Below are positions 11,654 to 20,862 of a DNA stretch of 64,000 nt, piece after piece. The stretch's first letter is position 1. Every line of letters starts with the position of its first letter. Origin of the DNA: Gaiellales bacterium. GTDB lineage: Bacteria; Actinomycetota; Thermoleophilia; Gaiellales; Gaiellaceae. A program made the position numbers and the translations under genes. A model generated the notes under the pieces. That model had not been told where the DNA came from. It saw only the letters and a list, made by a program, of their open reading frames with translations, and searched no databases. The DNA lies in assembly GCA_038324115.1 (NCBI GenBank), contig JBBQHQ010000001.1, positions 3,280-67,279 on the forward strand. Reading direction: 5' to 3'.

Positions 11654-12973
11654 ATGAAGCGCTACTTCGTCACGACCTTCGGGTGCCAGATGAACGCTCA
11701 CGACTCGGAGCGGATCAAGGGCATGCTCGAGTCGCTCGGCCTCGGCGAGGCGACCGCGCAGGACGAGGCCGACGTCCTCGTCTTCAATACCTGCACGATC
11801 CGGGAGAAGCCGGACACGAAGCTCGCGGCCTACCTCGGCGACGCGGGCGCCCGCAAGAGGCAGAACCCCGACCTCGTCGTCGCGGTTGGCGGCTGCTACG
11901 CCGAAGCGCAGCAGAACCGGATCTTCGAGCTCTATCCCCAGGTGGACGTCGCCTTCGGCCCCGGCTCGATCCCGCACCTCGGCGAGTGGCTCGGCGCGGG
12001 TGGGAACGCACCGCCGGGCCGTTTCGGCACCCACGAGCACTTCGCCGGCCACCTGCCCGCGCACCGGGAGCGCCCCTTCCAGGCCTGGGTCCAGATCTCG
12101 ATGGGCTGCAACTCCAAGTGCGCCTACTGCATCGTCCCGGCAGTGCGTGGGCGTGAGCAGAGCCGCCGCCCGGGCGACGTGCTCGCAGAGGTGACGCAGC
12201 TTGCCTCCGACGGGGTCAAGGAGGTCACGCTGCTCGGCCAGAACGTCAACTCGTGGGGCCGCGACCTGCGCCCCGAGCTGGAGATCGAGTTCGGGGAGCT
12301 GCTCCGGGCCTGCGACGCGGTCGACGGGATCGAGCGGATCCGCTTCACCAGCCCACACCCGAAGGACTTCCGCGAGCCTGTGATCGCCGCGATGGCCGAC
12401 TGTGCCGCCGTCTGCGAGCAGATCCACCTGCCGCTCCAGTCGGGCTCGTCTCGGCTGCTCAAGGCGATGCGGCGCACGTACGACCAGGGCCGGTATCTCG
12501 AGCTCGTCGCCCGGCTCCGGGACGCGATCCCCGACCTTGCGCTCGGCACGGACGTGATCGTCGGCTTCCCCGGCGAGACCGAGGAGGACTTCGTGCAGAC
12601 GCTCGAGGTGGTCGAGGCGGTGCGCTTCGACAGCGCCTTCACGTTCATCTATTCCCCGCGGCACGGGACCGAGGCGGCCGCGCTGCCCGACCAGGTTCCG
12701 GAGCCGGTCAAGCACGAGCGGCTGGAGCGGCTCGTCGAGGTCGTGCAGCGAATCGCCTCCGAGCGGAACGCGGAACGCGTGGGCCGGACGGAGGAGGTGC
12801 TCGTCGAGGGCGCGAGCCGCACCGACAAGCGCTCGCTGCGCGGACGGACGCGGCGGAACACGACCGTCGTCTTCACCGGCGACGCGCTGCCGGGCGAGCT
12901 CGTCGACGTGGTGATCGACGGGGCCACCTCGACGACCCTGCGCGGGGCCCAGCGGACGGCGGTCGCGGCGTGA
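11654..12973 (+). CDS. miaB: tRNA-i6A37 methylthiotransferase MiaB (radical SAM)
   Basis: FGCQMNAHDSE at the N-terminus, radical-SAM CNSKCAYC, and a TRAM C-terminus. Confidence 0.9.
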   Translation: MKRYFVTTFGCQMNAHDSERIKGMLESLGLGEATAQDEADVLVFNTCTIREKPDTKLAAYLGDAGARKRQNPDLVVAVGGCYAEAQQNRIFELYPQVDVAFGPGSIPHLGEWLGAGGNAPPGRFGTHEHFAGHLPAHRERPFQAWVQISMGCNSKCAYCIVPAVRGREQSRRPGDVLAEVTQLASDGVKEVTLLGQNVNSWGRDLRPELEIEFGELLRACDAVDGIERIRFTSPHPKDFREPVIAAMADCAAVCEQIHLPLQSGSSRLLKAMRRTYDQGRYLELVARLRDAIPDLALGTDVIVGFPGETEEDFVQTLEVVEAVRFDSAFTFIYSPRHGTEAAALPDQVPEPVKHERLERLVEVVQRIASERNAERVGRTEEVLVEGASRTDKRSLRGRTRRNTTVVFTGDALPGELVDVVIDGATSTTLRGAQRTAVAA

Positions 12974-13995
12974 GGATCCTTGTCACCGGCTCATCGGGCC
13001 AGATCGGGACAAATCTCGCCCTCCGGCTCCAGGTGGAGGGGCATCACGTCTTCGGGATCGACAAGCGCCAGAACGCCTGGCTCGACGGGGACGAGTTCCG
13101 CTACCTGCTCCAGGATCTCTCGGGGCACTACCCGGCGTTCCCCGGCGGGATCGGCGGCGTCGAGTACCCCGAGGTCGACCTCGTGGTCCACCTGGCGGCG
13201 CACGCCAAGGTGCACCAGCTCGTCGCCGAGCCGCACCGGGCGCTGGAGAACCTGATGATGACGTTCAACGTCCTCGAGTTCTGCCGGCAGCAGGGCCTTC
13301 CGATCGTCTTCTCCTCGACGCGGGAGGTCTACGGCGACGTCCATCGCTTCGAGGGCTACGCCGAGGCGACCGCTGACTTCGCTTTTACGGAAAGCCCGTA
13401 CTCGGCCTCGAAGATCGCGAGCGAGGCGTTCATCTACGCCTACGCACGCTGCTACGACCTGCGCTACCTCGCCTTCCGCTTCTCGAACGTCTATGGGCGC
13501 TACGACAACGATCTACACCGGATGACCCGCGTCCTGCCACTCTTCATCCACCGGACGCTGCGCGGCGAGTCCGTGACCGTCTACGGGCCGGACAAGGTGC
13601 TCGACTTCACCTACGTGGACGACTGCGTGGACGGGATCGTCCGCGGAATCGAGGCGCTTGCGGCCGGGTCGGTCTCGAACGAGACGATCAACCTCGCCTA
13701 CGGGGAGGGGAACACGCTCGTCCGCGCTGCGGAGCTGATCGCGGCCGCCGTCGGCGTCGAGCCCCAGATCGAGACGGCGCCCGCGCGGCTCGGCGAGGTG
13801 ACCCGGTACGTCGCGGACATCAGCAAGGCGCACGACCTGCTCGGCTGGCAGCCCCGGACCCCGCTCGACCTCGGCATCCCCGCGTCGGTCGAGTGGTTCC
13901 GCTCCCATCGCCAGGCGCACCCGGACGAGGAGCGCGTCGTCGAGAGCGAGGGCGCCGGCGCGGGCTGGAAGACGCTCGCCACCGACCCGGCCTGA
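12970..13995 (+). CDS. NAD-dependent epimerase/dehydratase (extended SDR family)
   Basis: GTG at 12970 overlaps the miaB stop (GTGA). VRILVTGSSGQIG Rossmann motif and YSASK catalytic motif. The upstream part of ORF 12253..13995 is shadow. Confidence 0.8.
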   Translation: MRILVTGSSGQIGTNLALRLQVEGHHVFGIDKRQNAWLDGDEFRYLLQDLSGHYPAFPGGIGGVEYPEVDLVVHLAAHAKVHQLVAEPHRALENLMMTFNVLEFCRQQGLPIVFSSTREVYGDVHRFEGYAEATADFAFTESPYSASKIASEAFIYAYARCYDLRYLAFRFSNVYGRYDNDLHRMTRVLPLFIHRTLRGESVTVYGPDKVLDFTYVDDCVDGIVRGIEALAAGSVSNETINLAYGEGNTLVRAAELIAAAVGVEPQIETAPARLGEVTRYVADISKAHDLLGWQPRTPLDLGIPASVEWFRSHRQAHPDEERVVESEGAGAGWKTLATDPA

Positions 13996-14873
13996 TGACC
14001 CGGGGCCTCGCGCCCCCGCGCGTCCTCGCGCTCTTCGGCCCGACGGCGTCCGGGAAGACGGCGGTCGCCGAGGAGCTCGCACGCCGGATCCCCGCCGAAC
14101 TCGTCTCGGCCGACTCGATGCAGCTCTATCGCGGCCTGCCGATCCTCACGAACCAGGGAGCGGGCCGGCTCGTGGGGATCTGGCCGCTCGACCGGCAGGG
14201 CTCGGTGGCCGAATACGGCCGGCTCGCGCATGCGGAGATCGACGCGGCGCTCGCCGCCGGCCGCACGCCGATCGTCGTCGGCGGCTCCGGGCTCTACCTC
14301 CGTGCGGCGCTGAGCGACGTCGAGATCCCGCCTGCCGTCGACGCGACCGACCGCGCCGAGTGGGAGCGGGCCTACACCGAGCTGGGGGCCGAGCACGTCC
14401 ACGGGCTCCTGCGTGAGCGCGACGCGCGGGCGGCCGCCCAGGTGCATCCGAACGACCGCAAGCGGGTGATCCGGGCGCTCGAGCTCCACGCCGCCGGGGC
14501 TACGCTCGTCCCGGAGGTGTCGCGCCTCTGGACCGACGAGACCCGTCACCCGACCGTCATCTTCGGCCTCGAGGTGCCCGCAGACGTGCTCGAGCGCCGG
14601 ATCCGGGCCCGCACCGCCGAGATGTTCGAGCGCGGCGTGGTCGAGGAGGCCGCGGCGGCGGGCGAGGTGGTACCCGAGGTGCTCGGGCTGGAGGCGGTCC
14701 AGACGCTGTCGCGGCCGGAGGCGGAGGAGGCGATCGCGGTCGCCACGCGCCGGCTCGCCGCCTACCAGCGGAAGTGGCTGCGCCGGATCCCGGGAATCGT
14801 CAGGATCGAAGGCGACCGGCCGGCGGAGGAGGTGGCAGATGCGATTCTCGAAGTGGCACGCGCACGGCAATAG
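13995..14873 (+). CDS. miaA: tRNA dimethylallyltransferase MiaA
   Basis: ATG at 13995 overlaps the epimerase stop (ATGA). P-loop GPTASGKT and SADSMQLYRGLPILTN. Confidence 0.85.
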   Translation: MTRGLAPPRVLALFGPTASGKTAVAEELARRIPAELVSADSMQLYRGLPILTNQGAGRLVGIWPLDRQGSVAEYGRLAHAEIDAALAAGRTPIVVGGSGLYLRAALSDVEIPPAVDATDRAEWERAYTELGAEHVHGLLRERDARAAAQVHPNDRKRVIRALELHAAGATLVPEVSRLWTDETRHPTVIFGLEVPADVLERRIRARTAEMFERGVVEEAAAAGEVVPEVLGLEAVQTLSRPEAEEAIAVATRRLAAYQRKWLRRIPGIVRIEGDRPAEEVADAILEVARARQ

Positions 14874-15606
14874 CTATCTCCTCGTCGAGCGGGAGGAGCT
14901 CGGCCGCCCGCTCACCGACGCCCAGGCCCGACGCCTCTGCGATCCGCGGACGGGAGTCGGCTCCGACGGCGTGCTCGAGGTGGTCTCGGCGGACCGGCAG
15001 CGGATCGAGATCGTGATCTGGAACCCGGACGGCACCGTCGCCGAGTTCTCCGGCAACGGCACCCGCATCGCCGCCGCCTGGGCGCTGCGCGACGGCGGAG
15101 AGCACGTGACGGTCGAAACCGCGGGCCGCTCCTACGTCGCGACCGTCCGCGGCAACCTGATCGAGATGGAGGTGGGGCCCGTCGCCGTCCGCGAGACCGA
15201 GACGATCGAGCTCCAGACCGAGCGGCTCGAGGTGACGCGGGTCTCCGTCGGCAACCCGCACGCCGTTCTCCGGACGGACGGCGGCCGGAAGGAGCTGCTC
15301 CGGCTGGGGCCGATCGTCGAGACGCACGAGCGCTTCACCGAGCGCACGAACGTTCAGTTCGTCCGCGTCACCGGCGCGAGCGAGCTCGACGTGCTCGTCT
15401 GGGAACGGGGCGCGGGGGAGACGAGCGCCTCGGGGTCGAGCGCGGTCGCCGCAGCCGCGGTCGCGATCGTGGCGGGTTGGGCGGAGAGCCCGGTGACCGT
15501 CCGGATGCCCGGGGGTGAGCTGCTCGTCGCGCTGGACGAGGAGAACCGCGCCACCCTCACGGGTCCGGCGGAGCAGATCTGCGTGGGCGAGACTTTGTGT
15601 TTCTGA
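14839..15606 (+). CDS. dapF: Diaminopimelate epimerase
   Basis: MRFSKWHAHGNSYLL, NPDGTVAEFSGNG, GNPHAV, ERGAGETSASGS (the two catalytic-Cys-region equivalents look substituted and need checking). Confidence 0.75.
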   Translation: MRFSKWHAHGNSYLLVEREELGRPLTDAQARRLCDPRTGVGSDGVLEVVSADRQRIEIVIWNPDGTVAEFSGNGTRIAAAWALRDGGEHVTVETAGRSYVATVRGNLIEMEVGPVAVRETETIELQTERLEVTRVSVGNPHAVLRTDGGRKELLRLGPIVETHERFTERTNVQFVRVTGASELDVLVWERGAGETSASGSSAVAAAAVAIVAGWAESPVTVRMPGGELLVALDEENRATLTGPAEQICVGETLCF

Positions 15607-15617
15607 AACACAAAGTC
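15591..15617. terminator. Perfect 11-bp hairpin spanning the dapF stop codon, between convergent dapF and dapD (candidate bidirectional terminator)
   Basis: GACTTTGTGTT-TCTGA-AACACAAAGTC. Unusually AT-rich for this genome. The dapF TGA (15604-15606) sits in the loop. Confidence 0.55.
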
Positions 15618-15625
15618 GCTTCGGC

Positions 15626-16378
15626 CTAGACCGCGATCTCGAACTCCCGGAGCACGGCGTTCAGGCTCGTCTTCAGGTCGGTCGAGGCGCTCCGCTGGCC
15701 GACGATCAGCGCGCACGGAAGGCCGTAGGTGCCCGCGGGGTACTCCTTCTGGCGCACGCCGGGGAGCACGACCGCTCCGGGCGGGACGACGCCGCGGTGC
15801 TCGACCGGCTCAGCGCCGGTGACGTCGATGATCGGCACGCTGGCGGAGAGGACGACGTTGGGCGCGATCACCGCGCCCGCGCCGACGCGCACACCCTCGA
15901 CGACGATCGCGCGTGAGCCGATGAAGGCGCCGTCCTCGATCACGACCGGGCTCGCCTGCGGCGGCTCGAGCACCCCGCCGATCCCGACGCCGCCCGAGAG
16001 GTGAACGTCTGCGCCGATCTGGGCGCAGGACCCGAACGTGGCCCACGTGTCGACCATCGTGCGCGGGCCGACCCAGGCGCCGATGTTCACGTAGCCCGGC
16101 ATCAGGACGACGCCCTCCGAAAGGAAGGAGCCGTAGCGCGCCACCCCCGGCGGAACGACCCGGACGCCGCGCTCGGCGTAGTCGGTCTTGACCGGGATCT
16201 TGTCCAGGAACTGGAGGCCGCCGACCTGCATCGGCTCCACCTTCCGGAGCTTGAAGAACTCGAGGATCGCCAGCTTCGCCTCGACGTCGACGACCCACTC
16301 GCCGTCCCGCTGCTCCGCGACGCGACGCTCCCCGCGGTCGAGCGCCGCCACGATCTCGATTGCCTCGTCCGGTGTCAC
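15626..16378 (-). CDS. dapD: 2,3,4,5-tetrahydropyridine-2,6-dicarboxylate N-succinyltransferase
   Basis: MVDTWATFGSCAQIGADVHLSGGVGIGGVLEPPQASPVVIEDGAFIGSR closely parallels E. coli DapD as I remember it. GTG at 16378 overlaps the upstream stop (GTGA). Confidence 0.85.
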   Translation of the reverse strand: MTPDEAIEIVAALDRGERRVAEQRDGEWVVDVEAKLAILEFFKLRKVEPMQVGGLQFLDKIPVKTDYAERGVRVVPPGVARYGSFLSEGVVLMPGYVNIGAWVGPRTMVDTWATFGSCAQIGADVHLSGGVGIGGVLEPPQASPVVIEDGAFIGSRAIVVEGVRVGAGAVIAPNVVLSASVPIIDVTGAEPVEHRGVVPPGAVVLPGVRQKEYPAGTYGLPCALIVGQRSASTDLKTSLNAVLREFEIAV

Positions 16379-17523
16379 AGGGCCTCCTCCAGGATCGCGA
16401 CGGCGGCAGCGCACTCGTCCTCCGAGGGGACGAGCGCAAGTCTGACGTAGCCCTCGCCGGCCGCGCCGAGATATGAGCCGGGGGCGACGAGGACCCCGTG
16501 CTCGAGCAGCCGGTCGGCGAACGCCTCCGAGGTCTCGCCCGCGGGGCACTCGACCCAGACGTACATGGTCGCCTCGCTGCCGGCGACGCGGATCCCCTTG
16601 CGAGCGAAGAGCTCGAGGAAGAGCGCCCGCTTGCGGGCGTAGCGCTCGCGCGTCCGCTCGACGTGCGCCTCGTCGCCCCAGGCGGCCACGGAAGCGCGCT
16701 GGACGAACTCCTGCGGCGCGGTGCCCACAGTCGGCCGAAACAGCTTCAGCGCTGCGATCAGCGCAGGGTCACCCGCGACGAAGCCGCTGCGGTAACCGGT
16801 CATCGAGCTGCGCTTCGAGAGCGTGTTGAACACGGCTACGTTCGTCCGGTCGTCGAGCTGGAGCGCGGAGACGGGCGGCTCTTCGAACCACAGCTCTGTG
16901 TACGCCTCGTCGGAGGCGAGGACGAAGCCGTGTTCCCGCGCGAGCGCGGAGGCGCGCTCGTAGAACTCCAGTGGGGCGCAGGCGGCGGTCGGGTTGTTCG
17001 GGTAGTTGACCCAGAGCAGCGCGAGCCGGCCCCACGTCTCCTCGTCGACGGCGTCGAGGTCGGGCAGGAAGCCGTGGTCCTCGCGGAGCGGCAGGGCGAG
17101 CGGCCGCGCGCCCGCGAAGAGGGCGCCGCGCTCGTAGACCGGATAGCCGGGCTCGGTGTAGGCGACGGTGTCCTTGCCGCGCTCAGCCGCGAGCACGACC
17201 TGCGCGAAGCTGAAGATCGCCTCCTTGCTCCCCAGCGTCGGCACGACCTCGGTGTCCGGGTCGAGGACGATCCCGAAGCGCCGCCCCGCCCAGGCCGAGA
17301 TCGCCTCGCGCAGCTCGGGAAGCCCGACGGCCGCGGGGTAGCCCATCCTGTCGCGGAGACCGTCGACGAGAGCCTGCCGGATCAATGGGTCGGTCGGCTC
17401 GCGCGGGTCGCCGGTGCCGAAGTCGATCACGGTGATCCCGGCCGCCTCGACGCGACGAGCGGCCTCGCCCAGGCGTACGAACGGGTAGACGGTCTGGCGC
17501 TCGAGGACGGGGGAGAGGGGCAC
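16375..17523 (-). CDS. dapC: Class I/II aminotransferase, probable N-succinyldiaminopimelate aminotransferase
   Basis: PLP aminotransferase pattern (NYPNNPT, TLSKRSSMTGYRSG). Sits between dapD and dapE. Start GTG at 17523 was chosen just after the dapE stop. Confidence 0.65.
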   Translation of the reverse strand: MPLSPVLERQTVYPFVRLGEAARRVEAAGITVIDFGTGDPREPTDPLIRQALVDGLRDRMGYPAAVGLPELREAISAWAGRRFGIVLDPDTEVVPTLGSKEAIFSFAQVVLAAERGKDTVAYTEPGYPVYERGALFAGARPLALPLREDHGFLPDLDAVDEETWGRLALLWVNYPNNPTAACAPLEFYERASALAREHGFVLASDEAYTELWFEEPPVSALQLDDRTNVAVFNTLSKRSSMTGYRSGFVAGDPALIAALKLFRPTVGTAPQEFVQRASVAAWGDEAHVERTRERYARKRALFLELFARKGIRVAGSEATMYVWVECPAGETSEAFADRLLEHGVLVAPGSYLGAAGEGYVRLALVPSEDECAAAVAILEEAL

Positions 17524-17525
17524 GC

Positions 17526-18602
17526 TCAGACCGTACCGGTGAGGAATGCCCAGAGCGACGTGAAGCACCGCTCCAGCGCGGCGATCTCCACCTGCTCGTC
17601 GCGCCGGTGCGCGAACGCGGGGGCGCCAGGCCCGAAGTTGACCGCGTCGATCCCGCGCATCGTGAAGTCGGCGACGTTCGTCCACGCCTGCTTCGGCTCC
17701 AGCGCAAGGTCGCCGACACCCCTGAGCCGCTGGACGAGCGGCGAATCGGTCACGACCCGGGCGGGCGGCGAGTCGCCCGCGTCGACGTACTCGGCGTCGG
17801 CGGGCACCAGGCTGCGCAGGTAGGCCTCGGCGCTCTCCGGCGTCCGGTCGGGGGCGTAGCGGAAGTTCACGTGCGCCTCGGCCCGATCGGGAATGACGTT
17901 GTCCGCGATCCCGCCGGAGATCCGGGTCAGGCTGACGACCTCGGTGAACGTGAGCCCCCCGACCTCCACGGGCCGGGGCTCAATCGCGGCGATCTCCCCG
18001 AGGCCGGCCAGCGCCCGCTCGATCGCGTTCTCGGCGAGCCACGGGCGGGCCGAGTGGCCGCTGACGCCGTGGAAGACGAAGCGCGCGTTCAGGTTGCCAA
18101 GGCAGCCCGCCTGGATCGCATTGGAGGTGGGCTCGAGCAGGATCGCGAGCCCGGCCTCGTGCACGAGCTGCGAGTGCTCGAAGAGGTGGGGGAGGGGGCT
18201 GTGCTCAGCCGGCAGCTCCTCCTTCCCGAAGGCGAGGAGCGCGATGTCCACCTCGGGCTCGACGGCACGCTCCTCCAGCTCGCGCGCCAGCTCGAGGAGC
18301 ACTGCGAGGCCGGACTTCATGTCGGCGGCTCCGAGCCCGTGCACCGCGCCGCCCTCGATTCGGCCGGGGATGTTCGCCTGGGCGGGGACGGTGTCATAAT
18401 GCCCGGCCAGGACGACGAGCGGCCTGCCCTCACGCCGGGGTCGGGCGGCGACGAACGCGTCCTCGGCCTCGTACTCGAACGCGAACGAGGCAGGGACGAG
18501 CGAACGGACGTGCGCGGCGATCTCCGCCTCGTTCCGGCTCTCGGAGGGAATGTCCACCAGCTCAAGCGTGCGAGCGGCGAGGCGGTCGGCGAGGGGTGCC
18601 AT
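17526..18602 (-). CDS. dapE: Succinyl-diaminopimelate desuccinylase (M20 peptidase)
   Basis: ATG at 18602 gives MAPLADRLAARTLELVDIPSES. GHYDTVP and HGLGAADMKSG motifs. The upstream 327 codons of ORF 17526..19583 are shadow of hflX. Confidence 0.8.
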   Translation of the reverse strand: MAPLADRLAARTLELVDIPSESRNEAEIAAHVRSLVPASFAFEYEAEDAFVAARPRREGRPLVVLAGHYDTVPAQANIPGRIEGGAVHGLGAADMKSGLAVLLELARELEERAVEPEVDIALLAFGKEELPAEHSPLPHLFEHSQLVHEAGLAILLEPTSNAIQAGCLGNLNARFVFHGVSGHSARPWLAENAIERALAGLGEIAAIEPRPVEVGGLTFTEVVSLTRISGGIADNVIPDRAEAHVNFRYAPDRTPESAEAYLRSLVPADAEYVDAGDSPPARVVTDSPLVQRLRGVGDLALEPKQAWTNVADFTMRGIDAVNFGPGAPAFAHRRDEQVEIAALERCFTSLWAFLTGTV

Positions 18603-18614
18603 GCGGCCGAAGCG

Positions 18615-18623
18615 TGGCACAAT
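18615..18623 (+). promoter_or_regulatory. Extended -10-like element TGGCACAAT positioned for a leaderless hflX mRNA
   Basis: CACAAT at 18618-18623 ends 7 nt before the G of the hflX GTG (18630). TGG sits immediately 5'. There is no room for a Shine-Dalgarno in the 27-nt divergent gap. Confidence 0.3.
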
Positions 18624-18629
18624 CGCCGG

Positions 18630-19979
18630 GTGGGGGAGGACACGACCGACAACATCACCGCGGGGCTCGAGCCCGAGCGGGGCTTCGTGCTCGCGGTGCT
18701 CGCGCGTGGCGCCGACGCCGAGGACGAGCTGGGCGAGCTTCGCGAGCTCGCGCGGACGGCGCTCGTCGAGCCCGTGGCCGAGCTCGTCCAGCAGCGCCAG
18801 CGCGCCGACGCGCGCAGCTTCGTGGGGAAGGGGAAGCTGGAGGAGCTGAAGCTGGCGTACGCGGAGGCGAAGGCCGACGTCCTGATCGTGGACGGCGAGC
18901 TCGACCCGACCCAGCAGCGGACGCTCGAGAACGCGCTGGACGCCCGCGTCGTCGACCGGACGCAACTGATCCTCGACATCTTCGCCCAGCACGCCGTCAG
19001 CGCCGAGGGGAAGCTCCAGGTCGAGCTGGCGCAGCTCGAGTACAACCTGCCGCGGATGCGCGGGATGTGGAAGCACCTCGAGCGCCTTGGCGGTGGCACC
19101 GGGGCGGTCGGCGCCGGCGTCGGCACCCGCGGCCCCGGCGAGTCGCAGCTCGAGACCGATCGCCGGCTCGCGAACCGCCGGATCACCGTCCTCCGTCGCC
19201 GCCTGAAGGAAATCGGGAAGCAGCGCGACCTGAGACGGAAGGAGCGCCGCCGGACGCAGGTGCCGACGGTCGCCCTCGCCGGGTACACGAACGTCGGCAA
19301 GTCGACCCTCCTGAACGCGCTCACGCACGCCGAGGTCTCCGTGGACGACCGCCTCTTCGAGACGCTCGACCCGACGACCAGGGGCTTCGAGCTGGACGGC
19401 AAGCGCTACCTCGTCACGGACACGGTCGGGTTCATCCGGCGCCTGCCGACGCAGCTCGTCGAGGGCTTTGCATCGACGCTCGAGGAGACACTCGTCGCCG
19501 ACCTGATCCTCCACGTCGTCGACGCGTCGGCGCCCGAGGAGCGGATGCAGGAGATGATCCGCTCGGTGGACGACGTCCTGCACGAGATTGGCGCCGACAA
19601 CGTGCCGACGGAGCTCGTCCTCAACAAGGTCGACCGCGTCGACCCGCTCGGCCGCCGGCGGCTCGCGAACCGGTATCCGGACTCGCTCCAGATCTCGGCG
19701 GCCCGCGGGGAGAACGTGCAGGAGCTGCGGGAGCGGCTCGCCGCGCGCTTCGCCGACCGCTTCGAGGACGTGCGCCTGCTTCTCCCGTACGAGGACGGGG
19801 GCAAGCTTGCCGAGCTGTACGCGCTCGGGGCGCCGATCGAGGAGCGGGAGGACAGCGAGGACGGCGTGCTCGTGCGGGCGCGGCTTCCCCAGCGGGAGGT
19901 ACGGCGGTTCGCGGAGTACCTCGTCGCCGATTCGGTCGAGGACGCGGCGGACGGCCCGCCCGCCGCCGAGCGCCGGTGA
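18630..19979 (+). CDS. hflX: GTPase HflX
   Basis: ERGFVLAVL N-domain, GKGKLEELK, G-domain VALAGYTNVGKSTLLNAL and DTVGFI. GTG at 18630 is the first in-frame start. Confidence 0.9.
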   Translation: MGEDTTDNITAGLEPERGFVLAVLARGADAEDELGELRELARTALVEPVAELVQQRQRADARSFVGKGKLEELKLAYAEAKADVLIVDGELDPTQQRTLENALDARVVDRTQLILDIFAQHAVSAEGKLQVELAQLEYNLPRMRGMWKHLERLGGGTGAVGAGVGTRGPGESQLETDRRLANRRITVLRRRLKEIGKQRDLRRKERRRTQVPTVALAGYTNVGKSTLLNALTHAEVSVDDRLFETLDPTTRGFELDGKRYLVTDTVGFIRRLPTQLVEGFASTLEETLVADLILHVVDASAPEERMQEMIRSVDDVLHEIGADNVPTELVLNKVDRVDPLGRRRLANRYPDSLQISAARGENVQELRERLAARFADRFEDVRLLLPYEDGGKLAELYALGAPIEEREDSEDGVLVRARLPQREVRRFAEYLVADSVEDAADGPPAAERR

Positions 19980-20410
19980 TCGAGCTCCCGATCACCCGGC
20001 TGCGGCCGGAGGCGACGATCCCCGAACGTGCCTACGCGGGCGACGCGGGCCTCGACCTGGCCTCGTGCGAGCAGGTCGTGCTCCGGCCGGGCGAGCGGGC
20101 GCTCGTCGGCACGGGCCTCGCGGTCGCCATCCCCGAGGGGCACGCAGGCTTCGTCCAGCCGCGCTCGGGCCTCGCGGCGAAGCACGGGATCACGATCGTC
20201 AACTCGCCCGGCCTCGTCGACGCGGGCTACCGCGGCGAGCTGCGCGTCATCCTCCAGAACACGGACGCCCGCGTGAGCTTCACGGTCGAGCCCGGGATGC
20301 GGATCGCCCAGCTCGTGCTCGTCGAGCTACCGGCGGTGGAGCTCGTCGTCGTCGACGAGCTGCCCGAGAGCGAGCGCGGCGCCCGCGGCTTCGGATCGTC
20401 CCGCGCCTGA
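19976..20410 (+). CDS. dut: dUTP diphosphatase
   Basis: AGDAGLDL, PRSGLAAKHGI, GLVDAGYRGEL and a GFGSS C-terminal motif. GTGA overlap with hflX. Confidence 0.9.
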   Translation: MIELPITRLRPEATIPERAYAGDAGLDLASCEQVVLRPGERALVGTGLAVAIPEGHAGFVQPRSGLAAKHGITIVNSPGLVDAGYRGELRVILQNTDARVSFTVEPGMRIAQLVLVELPAVELVVVDELPESERGARGFGSSRA

Positions 20411-20862
20411 TGCGGACCGAGCCGCGGATCCGCGTCTCCGCGATGCTGCGCTGGCACGACCGGCTGCTGCTCTGCCGGCACGAGAAGCGCGGCAAGGACG
20501 TCTGGCTGCTCCCGGGCGGCGGGGTCAGGTCCGGCGAGAGTCTGCACCAGGCGCTCGGGCGCGAGCTGACCGAGGAGGTCGGGATCGACGCGCCGCCCGT
20601 CGAGGGCCCCGTCGCCCTCGTCGACTCGATCGCCCCGGTGCGGAGCCTCTCGACGAAGCACGTCGTCCACATCATCTTCGCCGGCGACCTCGACGGCTCG
20701 CTGGAGGACGTCGCCTCGACCGACGAGGCGGTCAGCGGGCATCGTCTCTTCGCTCTCGACGAGCTTGACGGGATCGTGCTCCATCCGCCGATCCAGCGCT
20801 TCCTCCAGCGCTGGCAGTCGGGCGACCCAGCCGTCTACCTCGGTGCACTGTGGATCCCGTAG
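20410..20862 (+). CDS. NUDIX hydrolase
   Basis: Nudix box LPGGGVRSGESLHQALGRELTEEVG. ATGA overlap with dut. Confidence 0.8.
   Translation: MRTEPRIRVSAMLRWHDRLLLCRHEKRGKDVWLLPGGGVRSGESLHQALGRELTEEVGIDAPPVEGPVALVDSIAPVRSLSTKHVVHIIFAGDLDGSLEDVASTDEAVSGHRLFALDELDGIVLHPPIQRFLQRWQSGDPAVYLGALWIP

Noticed and set aside
17607-18629. N-terminal extensions of composite ORFs: hflX 17607.., dapE ..19583, murT ..24438, sigma ..33920, pgsA ..40895, ispG ..51363, rpsB ..58913, pgeF ..63647, and others.
   Set aside because: The extensions overlap well-supported genes on the other strand and look like shadow sequence. Internal starts give canonical N-termini and often form 4-nt overlaps with the neighbouring gene.
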